Assembly (NCBI GenBank): GCA_000320545.1
Contig: ADNK01003179.1
Location: forward strand, 62,001 to 126,000
Reading direction: 5' to 3'
From: Bigelowiella natans CCMP2755
Taxonomy: Eukaryota; Protista; Cercozoa
DNA length: 64,000 nt
Part shown: piece after piece, positions 42,698-55,786 of the stretch
Layout of the letters: each line of letters begins with the position of its first letter
How positions within the stretch are numbered: position 1 is the stretch's first letter
Made by a program: the position numbers and the translations under genes
Notes under the pieces: generated by a model
What the model saw: the letters and a program-made list of their open reading frames with translations, nothing else
The model's database searches: none
Told to the model about the DNA's origin: nothing

Positions 42698-43276
42698 GCT
42701 AATGAATACTGCAAGCTCTCAGTACGGTTGATTTTGACTATTTGGTCTATCCCGCCTCCCTTACCCCCATCATCCAATCCAGATTGAGGACGAGGGGCTC
42801 ATGTCCGAAATCGTAAGGTGTCCGTTTTGCAGCAACGAAAACGATGATCATGACGACGACGACGACGACGAGGGTGATGCTAAATGTTTTGATGCTGGGA
42901 TTGGCTTCCGCGAGGAGAAGTTACTACCCTCCGAAGATGTTGGTATGTAAACGCAACAACAACAACAACAACAACGACGACACAACAGCATCATCATCTC
43001 ACAACACAAGGGAGAGTGATGAGCGTTTTCTCAATGCGTGCTTCTTCGGCATATATGTGGTTGTAACATTTTATTCTTCTCTTGTTGTTTGTCATCATAA
43101 TAGTTCTGACAATCGACGACGGGACAGCAAGCGTAGAAGTATCTGTCATCCCAGAAACTCTCGAAGAGATGCTAGATTCTGTGAACGCTGGTGTCAATGC
43201 CATGCGCACAGGTAGTAGTATCCGCCGTCATCGTCATTGTCGTGGGTATCTTAGTCGTTCGAATGAATGATGAAAA

Positions 43277-43328
<52 letters not shown>

Positions 43329-43785
43329 GCGGAATTGCTTTCTACGGCTATTTTAGTTCTTTCGTGGTCAGGTTCCCTAGAGGTTGGATATCAGATATAA
43401 TGAAGTTGATGATTAGATCATGATAATGACGATGATGAGATTGGTGATGATAATGCTGATGCCGAGGATGATGAAGATCATACTTGTGAACGACTTAGGG
43501 GGGCCACAACTAGCACAACGTCTCGTTGGTTCTGAGTTCATGCTCCATCTCTGTGAAGTACGAGGGAAAGGAGGAGGAGAAACACCAGCAATCTCTGTCG
43601 GAGACGATAGTAGGGGAAAAGGGGATGATAACAACAACAACGACGACGACGACGACGACAACAATAGTGAAGGTAATAAAAGTAAGGACGACACCGTCAT
43701 CGGACTCATTCGGTTAAGAATTGATGACGCAGCGAACTACAATTCAAGTCGTGAGATATTTAAGTTACTCAGGAAATTACGGTAA
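36240..43785 (+). CDS. Cdc24-like multi-OB-fold nucleic-acid-binding protein (CDC24_OB1/2/3; Arabidopsis AT3G17030-type)
   Basis: Exons give IPFGWAYDVLFRLMNRYPLGLTYPVAISELFNQW, SLLKVQLYYPLSGLV, AYLHVKFLN, VSLYLFDNDIKLGYLFEQG, and a C-terminal CPFCS...LTIDDGTASVEVSVIPETLEEML...LVGSEFMLHL; order and motifs match the plant family as I recall it. Confidence 0.65.
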
Positions 43786-43970
43786 GTAGCATTGCATCCC
43801 TGCAAGCCTAGAAGCGCATCGCATGCGGGCTAGATAATAAATGAATTATGGTAAAATATAAGTTATTTACTAATGAAAGAATGTCCATACTTTCATAAGA
43901 CTAAGCGTTGCCATCATGACTCACTAATGTGGATAATTACACACACATGAATATGAATAAATAAGTATGT

Positions 43971-44017
<47 letters not shown>

Positions 44018-44029
44018 TTTGTAAATATG

Positions 44030-44640
44030 GATATGTGCTACAACGCGGCGCATCATCAAGAGTTGTTCGAAGTGCACCTCACCACTCGCATAGAGCATAC
44101 AACAGTGACATGATACATGATGCATGCATCGTCGTGTGGCTACGCCGCAAGGGGATGTTATGTGCATTGTGCCTATGTGTGAACAGGAAGATCTAACGCT
44201 AGAACGAATGGTCAACTTGCCGATTTGAAAAAGGGATATTTTAACGTGTTAATTAAGAGACATCTAGACATAGTCTAGTCATGTCATACTGGTTCACACA
44301 TATTGCATGCAAGGCCGCCTAAGAAAATAGACGATCTAGACGGTATTGCGATCGTGTAGGAGCGTGGCGTAAACAGTGCGCGCTAAAATGAATGTTCGGC
44401 TTTGCAGTGTGCTCAAACGCTCTCACTGTGGTCGGCTTGCATGTGTAGCATGCATGCTGACTTGACTTGATTTTCTGCGCTAGTGCGTGCTGCGCGAGCA
44501 ATGGTTCAAAAATTGACATTCACACACGCTGATGGCGCCTACCGAATGGCCGATATTTTGCATCGAAACATGCACATATGCTGTCGCTCCTAACTTCTAG
44601 AGTCTACTTGGCACCACAACTTGTCCACAACATGTCACAA
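44030..44640. other. RY/palindrome-rich block D6 (Cdc24-OB+ / cryptic EGF ORF-)
   Basis: ATGCATGCAT, TCTAGACATAGTCTAG, GCATGTGTAGCATGCATGC, GCGCTAGTGCG. Confidence 0.65.
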
Positions 44641-44794
44641 GTTTCTTCATGTCTTGGTGATTTTGCGCCTCGAAACTTTTCATCGAAGACTTTCTGTTGC
44701 CGGATTTAGGCGTCCAGAGCCTGAGCACGCTATTGAGGAACAGAAAATCTGACATCTAATTTTCAAATGGACAGGTACATCGCAAATAGCAACT

Positions 44795-45066
44795 TCAGAG
44801 CTCCTCAAAACCGACGGGGCACGTGCATGTCCCTGATCCTCCAGGACCGTCGTCGCAGTCCTCGAAATGTCTACAGTTGCAACTTTGAGAACATTCGCGT
44901 TCATAGATGGCTGGTTCACAGACTGTGTAGTAGCATTTTGCTGGTGATGCCGAAGCGACGATTAGGAGGACTTTCAAAAGGCGCGAGACGTCACACAGGC
45001 TAGCAGGAGGCGCTAGGCCCCATGCCGGGTGTTGCTCGCTGTTTGACGACGTTGATGAATTTCCAT
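44795..45066 (-). CDS. Cryptic small Cys-rich EGF/laminin-EGF-like ORF (short gene or gene relic)
   Basis: Frame reads RLLKVLLIVASASPAKC-YYTVCEPAIYERECSQSCNCRHFEDCDDGPGGSGTCTCPVGFEEL*. No in-frame ATG unless an intron (e.g. ~45013-45050) joins the ATG at ~45066. Confidence 0.4.
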
Positions 45067-45219
45067 GTTGTTTTCAACACGCGACAAGGAATATTTGAGC
45101 AGTATCTGCAATGGAAATACATGGGATTTTGTTCCTGCGACAATAAAATTCGCATCTCTCGGTCTGACCGCATCCAGAAAAGGCGAGAAGAAAGATCCGA
45201 AACCTGTCCTCCTCTGCAA

Positions 45220-47183
45220 GATGGCATGCCTGCATAAGGGCCAAGACTCTCCACCAGGGCATCCGACACCAGAAAACCCTGTACCATCAACTGAATGGCT
45301 TACTTACATCTTTCATAGGCAAAAAATCCTAAAAATAGGTCAGGAAAATGCCGAATCATCTTTGAAGAAGCCCAATGTCAACGAATCGTTCATTATGTTC
45401 AACTAAAATTGGGAAAACCGTGTATACTTTTGCACTGACAGGAGTGAAGGTGAAAAGTGTGACGAGGGAATGCGATAGCCTGCAGGGCGGAATCTCACAG
45501 GGGATTTTCGCTTGCGGCGTTGTCTATGAGGAAGATGGAAAACATCACCAACTGAGTAAGAACGAATGCCAAAGCGCAGGACTTCCTCTTAGCGTCGTAT
45601 TCAAAGCCTCGCCAGGGTCCATAAACCTCAAGCAGGTGATACGTCATGTTAATGCTCGCTTTCAAACCAGTCCTCCTAATAATTTTGTCTCCACTTGGAT
45701 TCAACAGGGCCGAGAGGCTGAATATTTTAACGATGAAAGCGAGATGAGGCAAGCTCTAGCGTGTCTATGCGCGAACAAAAGTGCGACAGCCTTTCCAACA
45801 CCGAAGATCTTCGCCTCGCTTAGAGAGTGGGGAGGCAATCCTCAAGGAATCTACATTCTGATGGAGGACATACGAAGGGTGGGTGTACGTGCTGACCAGT
45901 TCCACGGAGCACAGGGAGGTACACAGAAGATCAAGGTAAACAATATGTACTTAGAGCAGGTTTTCCATATCCTGTAACGGATTCAAAATGTTCTTACAAC
46001 TTAGACCTTGATACACAGAAGTGCATATTACACATACGAACAGAGTTGATATCACACATATTTTTACTATACGTATTATCTGTGTAAATTTATAGAAAGG
46101 AGAAGGTAGCGAGACCTCGAGTGATTCTGAGCTCAAATCGGAGGAAATGTGGCGGCTCTCTTTCGAATATGCCGCGGAGACACACGCGCGATTCATGGGA
46201 CGCATCGTGAAGGAGAAAAAGTTCAATACCATGGCTCTAGGCGAGGATGAAGGATTACTCAAAGGAATTCAACGGCTTAAGTATGTACAGTATAGCAGTG
46301 TTAAATATCTCCTCTCACCTTAATATAAGTTTTTACTGCATATTATTGTCATTGGCATCATCGTCATCATCGTTATCGTCATCGTCGTCATCGTTATAGG
46401 TACGCAGATTGGCTGATGGGGAGTAACAAGCAGGGTTTTGAAAAATCGATTAAGGATTGCATGACTATGTGGCAGCTCTGTGAGACGAGCTGGATGGACC
46501 AGCGCCTCGCTAAGCTCATTCAGGCCTCAATCGAAACCACGAATTTTGAAAAAGCTGTCACCAAGATGCGCTCGCGACCGCTCACGCTTGTCCACGGGGA
46601 TTTTCACGCTAAGAATCTGTTCTACGTGAAGAAAGGAGCGGAAAAGGTACTTGCTTTGGACTTCTCCGAGATTGGGGTAGGCGATCCATTCTCAGACCTC
46701 CTTCAGTATACGCTCTCTGATGTGTCTATAGAGACGAGAAGAAAGCATGAACAAGACGTGCTGAAAGCATATTGGAAACGACTTACAGCTGTGATGCAGT
46801 CGACGTCATCATCGTCGTCGTCTAAAACTAAATTAACGACCGAAGGGGTAGGAGAGGGGAAATCGGCCCAAATATCATCTCTCGTCTCGCAGCTCACATT
46901 TGAGCGGGTTGTGGAGCTGTATAAATCCGGACTTGACCGGTGGCTGTACTTCTTGCCAATGATGGCATTCTTTGATGGATGCACGAAGCAAGCAAAAGCT
47001 AAGGCAGAGAAGGAGAAAAAAGGATCTTGGTCCCCTCCGAGCCGTACGGTTTACTTCCACGATGCAATCAAAGCCTTTGTCGAAGATCACTGTAAGGATA
47101 CTGATTACTTCGTTTTGAGAGGAGCCTGCGAAGTGAATTTAGAGGCTTTCTTAAATCGCAACCAGAAGCAAGCACCATCATAA
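45220..47183 (+). CDS. Ecdysteroid-kinase-like (EcKL)/APH-choline-kinase-fold phosphotransferase
   Basis: SVVFKAS, REAEYFN, PTPKIFA, YILMEDI, AAETHARF, PLTLVHGDFHAKNLF, LALDFSEIGVGDPFSDL, EQDVLKAYWKRL. Confidence 0.8.
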
Positions 47184-47229
47184 TTTAATTAGGTTTTTTG
47201 CTTATATGACATAATTATCTATTATTATA

Positions 47230-48150
47230 TGCATGACGAGCTATGTATTCAGAACGTGGCCTTACGATGTACACGCTTCAGCACTAGGTAATTATCTATG
47301 CGGCGTGTGGCTGCAAGCGATGTAGCTGCTTTGCTTCATGTAACCTGAAAATGTCCTCATTGCGGTAATTATACGCAGGCAATCAACTCTTCATAAGAGC
47401 GATGTGCATGCGTTCATAATTAGTGAGTGCCATATATACCAGTATAGTCGCGCTGCTCTAGTGCTGCATGCTCTAGCAGCTAGTGCTACCGCGCGCTAGC
47501 ATAGCTCTGGAGCTAGCTAATTTATTTTGTAATATCACCACGTCGCCAGCTGCACAGCTATAGACAGCTACAGAGCACCATGTGAGCAGATTACAGTATG
47601 CTAGCATGGCTAGAGGGCCATCGGACAATCGCCATCCTGGCATCGTGGTCGTGCGGCCATGCGCGTGCATGTAAGCACCTAGCTAGCTAGACTAGCTGAG
47701 TCATAGCAACGCTAATGGTTTGTGCTTTAAATGCCGATAAACATAGCATAGCGAAGTTTCGTGACTTATTAAGCTTTTCTTGTTTTGTGCTAGCTGTAGA
47801 GCTAGCTAGCTAGTTTAGTAGATGCTAAGCGCCTGTCACACGACATAGCGCAGCATTTTGCTTTATCTAGATGCACATTGCATTGTTGTTGGCGTGTGCG
47901 CTAGCATGCACTGTGCACGTTCTACCTTAGTAGCGTTGATTTTGCATCTGATAACACTGCTAGACTGTCTTTCTTCTAGATATGAATACAGTACATGCGA
48001 TGTAGTGCGGCGCTATCGCATCTAGACAAAATCTAGATAATATGCATTCAACAAATACGATGAGCCATGCTAGCATGCGCGCGCATCGCTAGATCGCTTG
48101 CAAAAAAATGTAGACTGGTGCACAATAACATGCGATTTAATGTATCATAG
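47230..48150. other. RY/palindrome-rich block D7 at convergent junction (EcKL+ / PP2A-A-)
   Basis: (CTAG)n at 47679-47690 and 47801-47813; GCTAGCATGCGCGCGCATCGCTAG. Confidence 0.75.
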
Positions 48151-48304
48151 TTGGCTTAAACATCAGTGTTTATTTCTCGAAATTGGAGGTTGCATTTCCT
48201 TTCGTTACATGCAAACGTCTAAATTTACATCAAGAAACGGGTAATCACATGTTCATTATAATTCATAACAAAATGGGCTCCACGACGATATTAAACAACT
48301 CATT

Positions 48305-51300
48305 TTAAGACTGTTTCTTCTCCTCGTTGACCTCTTTTGGCGGATTGAGAATGTTAGCATACGATTCCTGTGCGAAGTACACAACGTCCTGTCCAAAATA
48401 TGTCATTATGATTTGTTGTGCAAGGAAATGGATGAAGAAAAAAAAAATGACGTCAAATTATCACCTTGTCCGAGTCTTCAGCCATTTTCGAAAGTATTGG
48501 CTTTATCTATCGTAAATAACGAATTTGATGAGGAAAAGCAGCTTTTGCCAATGATGGTGGGATCATGTAGAATTGCAAAATTGGGCAACAGTTTTGCGTT
48601 CGCTTACTTAATAATACCTGGTCATCCACAGCCGATTTTCCCATAAATTTTGCTATGTGTGAAAGTTTCTTTGCCAAAGTAAACCTTATATTTGCAACCT
48701 GAAGGGAAAGAGATGAGAATGGCGTGGTGGTTTATTCTTTATAAACCAGTAGCGCATGAAGAGGACGTGATGATAATCCGTATGCAGTACTCATCATTAT
48801 CATCATCATTGTTGTTGTTGTCGCATATTTAAACCACCTTGTCTTTTGAGAGAGTATCTATGAGTGGCATGAGTTCTTTTACGACCCCATCGTTCCCCAT
48901 AGCCTGTGCCAGATACTGACCACACCAAGCAATTAGAAATGAAAGTTTGATGAATGTAAAAGATTTACGCGCATATGCATTTGAAGAAGAGGAAATTTTG
49001 TTTTTATATGTACGTACAGAAATGAATTAAGATCGTGGAGATAATGACGATGACGAACGACAAAGATTCAATCTTCCTTACGTTGATTGCGTAAACAGCT
49101 GACATCCTGTAGCTTGGTTTCTTATGTTCGCTCAGTGCTTTCACCTCCGGTACGAGGTTTGTGTAAGTCCATTTTGCCTCGAAGATCTCCGCAACTTCTT
49201 TTAGATTCTGAGATCATTCAAATAAAGTTGATTGTGACGACGGAGACAGAACGAGACAATATTCCTAGTATACGCGAAATAAAGAAGCATTTCGAATAAC
49301 ATTTCAACCTCTGCAAATCGTCATAATTTATAATGATGTTATCGCTCATTGATTATGTCTTAATTTTAAATTTTATATACCTCTGCAGCGACCATTCTGA
49401 TCTTCCATACGGAATCCTTCAGCCAATCTACGCACTGCTTGCTGTGAGAAATATAGAGGCGGTTATTAGACGGAAATTAGACGGAGGAGGGGGTGTCGGG
49501 GTTGTGAATGAAATTAGTAGCCGACAACTTCGGCTTGTTTTCTTGCTCCCCAATAGAATAATCTCTTTAAATTCCATCCGAAATTTAGAGAAAGAACACT
49601 TATATTTTTTTATGTTATTAGTTACCAGAGATGCTTTTCGAACATCGAAGCTCCCAACTTTCGACCGAGGAGAGGCACATACTTAAGGATAGCCAAGCGG
49701 ATTCTCCATTTCTATAAAATTAATAGGATTGGAGGGAAGTTAACACTGGTGACAAAAAAACGATATTTTTTTATAATATGACCAAAAACATAGATTCCAT
49801 CTAAGAGAAGAGATAAGATTGTGTACTAGCGACCTTATCTCTAGCAAGATCGTCCACAGCCGGTAGTAACGACTGAGCTAGTAACTCCACACCGATCACG
49901 TTATTTACGGACTCAAGCTATGATGCCAATGGAAAGGGACGGGATACAATAATTAGGTAAGGGTGATCAATATATTCTATGGCAGAAGAAAAGGAAAGCT
50001 AGAGACCTTCGAAATGATCTTGAGTCTAACTTCAGGATCTTCATCTTTTAACAGCTGAAGGAATTGCGGTAGCAGTTGCTCTAAGACCACTTGTTTCGGC
50101 GCACAATTTGCCAGGCTCATAATCACTGAAGCCAATGCCGCCCGCGTGTACTGGGATTCATCTTTAGCTAACGCCTGCAACCGATAATTAAAAAGGCTTG
50201 AGCTTGCGACAAAATTTAATTCAATAATTTGATGCAGTTAGCACGAGTTCATAATTTGGTCCGCGAGAATGCGTATATGGAACAGTCACAAATGATTCTA
50301 GTTTCTCTCATATTTTATACTGAATTTGACCTCAATGGGCCTCATTAGTTTATCAGTTGTAAGTTTCTCTCCAGCAAGCTGAGCAACTTCTGCAATCTGT
50401 AACGACAGAAACAGAGAGCATGAGTGTCATGTCAGATTATCTGCATGGGGTGTGTGAGATGGTATCCTAAGGGCGGGTTTTCTTTATTTACCTTCTGAGC
50501 AGCAGCAGTGCGAACTTCCGCTTCTCCATCCTAAATGATTTGTGAATTTGAAGACTATGAGAATAATGAAATCATAAAAGATGGACACTACATTACGAAT
50601 TTTAGCCAGGCTACCTGTAGGAGCTGCACGAAAATATTGATCATTTCATGCCGATTTTTTTTCTCTTCTCCAGCCTGGTGCAGTAGTCAGCACAGAAAAA
50701 GAAGAGACTTAATAGGGACCTCAAGACAACCATTACTATTTTGAAGAATCTTTCTTTGTTGACCAGATTATCGTTGTCGCTTACCGCTTCAGTCAGGGAA
50801 GGAAATTTATCCGCAACCATATATCGGACGCGCCAACTTTTGTCTTTGCAGAGTGCATAAATCGCAGGGAGAATCTGCAAATAGAGCCAAAGTCTTAAAA
50901 TAATATGACGAGGAATCACCATTTACGCAGCTGCAGCTAATCCGCAATACCTTCGCTTCCCTATCCTCTGGTTTAAGCAAATTTGCCACCATTACACAAT
51001 TTTCTACTGTGCGAAGACGGACAGAGTCTTGTGCATCCTGAAAGATATTCGTTTAGAGTGCATACCTTCGACAAACATTTGCATCACTTAAGAATTTTGT
51101 CTCTGACCTTGGTCAATTTCGACATAGATGGTACTATTTCGCTCATCACGTGCTTGTAATCTATCACACTGAGAAACACACCAATTTAAGCAATCTCCGA
51201 CTATTGATAATCTCTAATATCAAAAAGCAACGGCACCTTGCAAATTTTCCGAGCTGCTGACAAGCAGCTCGCCTCACCATAGGAGTATCATCTTCACATA

Positions 51301-51426
51301 ACTTGACAAAAAGCTGCCTCATTTCATCCTGAAGAAAATGGAAATTCACGAAGGTTCACACGCTTTCTTTGCGTATTCTCTCCTTCCCCCTCTCTTTCTC
51401 TACATTTACGTCCACCCACTCACCCA

Positions 51427-51457
<31 letters not shown>

Positions 51458-52445
51458 TGACCTGATCCTTCTGTGCTAAACTCGAGTAAACAATCTCGAA
51501 GAGGCTGCTAGATGAAACTCGTGATGTAAACCACTTCCCTGTTGCTAGTCGTTTCACAAGAGGCGCCTGAAGAGAGAAGCATGTTCTAATTCCAGCCACC
51601 CAAGTCGTCGAAAACAATGCAAAAGAAGATGCGCAAACTTACCATATGTGTTTCAAGTTGAGACTTATTAAGAACTTTAACTATTTTTTTCATAGATTCC
51701 ACTGCTCTATCTCTTACGACAGCCTCTTCGATCCCTGAAAGGGTCTCGAGAGGTACCAAGAGTACGTGAGCATTCTCCGATCCTCCTAGATTATTTATTG
51801 CATGATTAGGCGAGAGTATGGTTTTCCAGGTGCCTGCTACTACCTACGCAATCCGGTAAGTCGCCTAGCTGCTCAGAAAGGACTACAAGAATGTCGTCCT
51901 AAAATACGATTATTACAAGTCATCGTTCGTTCCAATCTTATGAAACATTATGCTTCAAGTAGCGCTAATACCTCATCATCTACAAATTCACTGAGATATG
52001 GCACGAGTTCCCGAATAGTTCGTTCAGGGCCCAACGCCTTGGCGATTGTGGTTAATTTTCTAAAAAGAAATATTGTCATCATGATACCAAGCAATTAACC
52101 ACACGATCGGAAATGAATTTCTTACTTCATCGAATTCAATCTAATCTGCATGTCGTCGTTTTGGAGCTCGTCAATCAACACGGCAACAAGAAGCTCGTCA
52201 TTGTTCTGCAGCATTACCCAAAAAAATAAATTAGATTGTAGGTCGTTCAAACAAGTTACAATTAAGACCTCTCCTTCGCCGGTTGCAGCTGCGGCTGCCA
52301 CTTGTTCCTATTATAAACCCAAACCAGTCTCATATTTTTAACCTCCTTCTCACTACTTCATAATAATGAATCTCGTTCTTATTCAACTAAGTACCTGATT
52401 GCCATTCTCTACCTCCATGTTTGAAGCTCCCGCATTATCTGGCAT
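48305..52445 (-). CDS. PPP2R1A: Protein phosphatase 2A scaffold subunit A (PR65, HEAT repeats), many short introns
   Basis: [119 protein letters not shown]. Confidence 0.96.
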
Positions 52446-53942
52446 GGCAGAAAAGAGACAGTTATTTCCAACCTTTATAAAGCATTACGTTTGCATTATT
52501 TTATGGTTCATTCTTGCCTTTAGGCATATTTTCCACTTCCATGGCCACTGAATTTGAGATCGTCACCCGATATTCCTAAGGAGGTAATTGAAACTTGGGT
52601 GTTAAAAATGCGTCACCCCTATCCTTAACCTCAACTTCGTATATGTAACATGCAATTGGGCCGCAACTTCCTAAACACTATGCTAACAACTGTAATTTGT
52701 ATCCAGGGATAAATTAACTTTCAGAAAAATCATTTTGAACTAAAGAAACCTCTGATCGGTCTTGTTCTCTTGATTTGCAGTCCCTCTTACACTCAAATGT
52801 ACCTTTATCACACATTTTTACTTGCAGTACTTGTAACGCTTGCAGTACATGATTACCACAATGTAGGTTCATAGTTACAACCATGTGGATCTACATGTCC
52901 TCTCACAAGGTACTTAATTGCTCAGGGGTAGGGAAAAACATTCTTTCAGCGCGTCCAAAACTAGAAGAAAGATTGGATACGTTGTAACTATCTCGAGTTG
53001 TATGATGAATGTGACCACATTGACGACGATTCTCTAAAAAGCCTAAAATATATGCAAAGTTTGGGAGTTGAATTACCAGGCGGGGAGGGGATGCAAATGA
53101 ATGACTGCTGGTTTATAATCAGACTCATCAGTCTCGATAGACAATTCTTCGGTCACAACAAGTGTTATAAAAATAGAAGACGACAAAGAAATATTCATGT
53201 CTTATAATATAAATATCACCTAATTTTTATAATAATCCATTCAAGAATCCTTTCCCTCGTATTTTTGTGCAGCAAGCAAGGGCTTAGCTGCTGGCGAGGC
53301 ACCACGGAGCTGAGAAGCTCTTCAACTTTTCGTGCGAAAACTACAATAGTGGAAGTCTTAATCTATTTTCCCTCTATATTTTTGATAGAAGCACACTAGC
53401 TTTTTGTCCATTTTGGTTTGAAATGCCGAGCGTGTAAAATGGATTCTTTCTCAGCGGTGTGAACTTGAACTAATTAGCTAAACCACAACGCATGTTTTTA
53501 GCCAAAATTAAGTGTAGCTTCAATTTTCTTTCATAGCTCCTGCTTTGTTGACATGAATCATTCGAATTTGCTTGTCTCACTATAAAATAGAGTTCCTGGA
53601 AGCATCGTGACTCGTGACTCCGTCGCGGCGTTGATGAGACTATTATTCCCGTCAAAAGCTTAAGGATATCGATGTGAGTTAACAATACTTGATGAGGAAC
53701 AGCAGCAGCAACAACAACAACAACAACAACAACAACAAGGTATATTCCTGTTGCTTTTCCATCGTGAGTAAACCAAGCAATGTTCTGTTCGGAAGTCAAT
53801 ACAGTGATATTACATCAGTTCTCTTGACCTGGAAATGATTGTCTATTAGTAAAATATACCCAAAATATCCCAAAAAAATGTACGTATTTTGAAGCTTAAA
53901 ATGGATGGACATAATATTAGCCTAGGGCAGACTCAGAGCATC

Positions 53943-55592
53943 ATGGAGGAAATGGGGGCTTCCGAAGTCCCAGAGAAGGGGGGTACTGACGAGAACGAGT
54001 TGATGGAAAAAGTATCGGCGATGACCAGGTGAATCCAAGAAATATGTTTGTCTAATCTCTTTCTTGAGAGCGCGAGCGATGAAAACTTGTATGCTTGGAA
54101 AGCTTCCATGTTATCTCAAAGCTCATTCGCCGTTGCTGCACCAACCTATCGATAAACCATATTCACGAGCTGCAATTCAAGATATGTTCATTGATGCAGG
54201 AACCCTGACCCCAATCTTGCATCCGTGATGGGACGTAAACGAAGGGGAAAGGTCGTCGAGTTTCTGAGTAGCATCTTCGGTCTCGATTCGACTACCATGA
54301 TCATAGTCCTCAAGAACCTAGCTGTGAATCTCCTCGTCGCTTGGAATCACAGCCGTCAGATTACGAATTATTATAACGCAAACACTGTACTGGATGAGCT
54401 TGTTTCAAAGATCGCAGAACTGGAAGAGCAATACGATTCAGATCTGGAGACTATTAACCGGAATGGGGTAAGAAGACCAAGAAGATCGAGACCTTATGCC
54501 CTACTGCAGTTCTTAAAAAAGTTTATCCTCAGACGGCGCTCCAAAGCGCAAGAACAGATTTTGGAGTCAGCTCGTATGCTTGAGTACCGAAAAAAACAAG
54601 AACGATACCAAATGCAAGCATTTATTTATGTTACTTCGAGAATCGTTGCTGCAATTGGGCAGCATCTCTGGCGCTCTATTCTTCAACATGGAGGTTCAGC
54701 TTGTGTCTAACTTTGCGCATATGAATCCTAACTTTCGTGCATCTTTCATTTAATTACTAATATCAAAATCCTCTGTATCCCTTTCGTCCTTTCTGCCTGT
54801 TGATAACGATCTGGATAACGATCTGACTTTATATTGGCATTATAAATACAATCATAACGCTTTGAAGGCGTGTACCAGGCTCTCCGAAGTTCCCCCCTAG
54901 AACGGCCTGAGGATATTGCGCGAGGTGAGAGGCTGGATATTGAAGGCAGAGTTGCTGATTTGGAGAGACAAATTCACGATGTTGAGCTGCGAGTCGCCAA
55001 GAATCAAGCGTTAGGAGAAAAACGCGATGATATCAATAATGAGGATGCAAAAAGCCCCCCAAATGAAAATGTTGGGGCGGTGGAGGCGCCGGTAACAAAG
55101 AGCAAGGATCAGGATATCGATAGACTTTCTCGTCTACGCCATAAGCACTCGATATTTAGCACTGTGCTGAAGATGGAAATCATCAAATTGAGAATCTCCA
55201 GTCTTGCCCAGTATTTTGACAGGATCATATCTACCGAGTGGAATAAGTATATCAGCAGTATGGTAAACATAATTGTCAATTTGATCAGTAGCGCATATGC
55301 AACTTACGATTCTAAAAAGCTGGCACTGGTCGTCAAGAACCCAAACTTGAGACTTCCAAAACTTCATCGCTACATCCCTCACTACCTATACAGTTGGATC
55401 ACAGTGAGCTCCTATCGATGGATACCTACTTACATACATCTCACGGCATGTTACATAAACTTCAAGACATGTATCACTGCAAAGACTACGAGAATAAGCT
55501 TGAAGCGCGAAGTGGAGCACCTACGGGAATTAGAGATTAGGTTTCGAGCTGCCTCTAAGCGGTTTCTTAAAGTAATGAGTGAGAATGAATAG
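53943..55592 (+). CDS. Hypothetical coiled-coil protein with hydrophobic segments (3 exons)
   Basis: ATG 53943 short exon spliced to ORFs 54225-54710 and 54870-55592 (240 aa); no recognised domain. Confidence 0.5.
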
Positions 55593-55740
55593 TTGTGTGA
55601 TTAATCTTGAGCTTCGAAAAGGATCGGAAGCGTATGTAGTATAGCTGCTGAATACCAATATAGGCATATTTTAAGCTATGCTATTATTTGAATGAAATAT
55701 ATAGACTATAGATCGACAGTATGTGTATAAATATGCATAT

Positions 55741-55786
<46 letters not shown>

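Noticed and set aside
3221-52615. TGACG/CGTCA (CRE half-site) in several divergent spacers
   Set aside because: A 5-mer at about the frequency expected by chance, and absent from the 28216-28557 spacer; cannot support it without genome-wide statistics.
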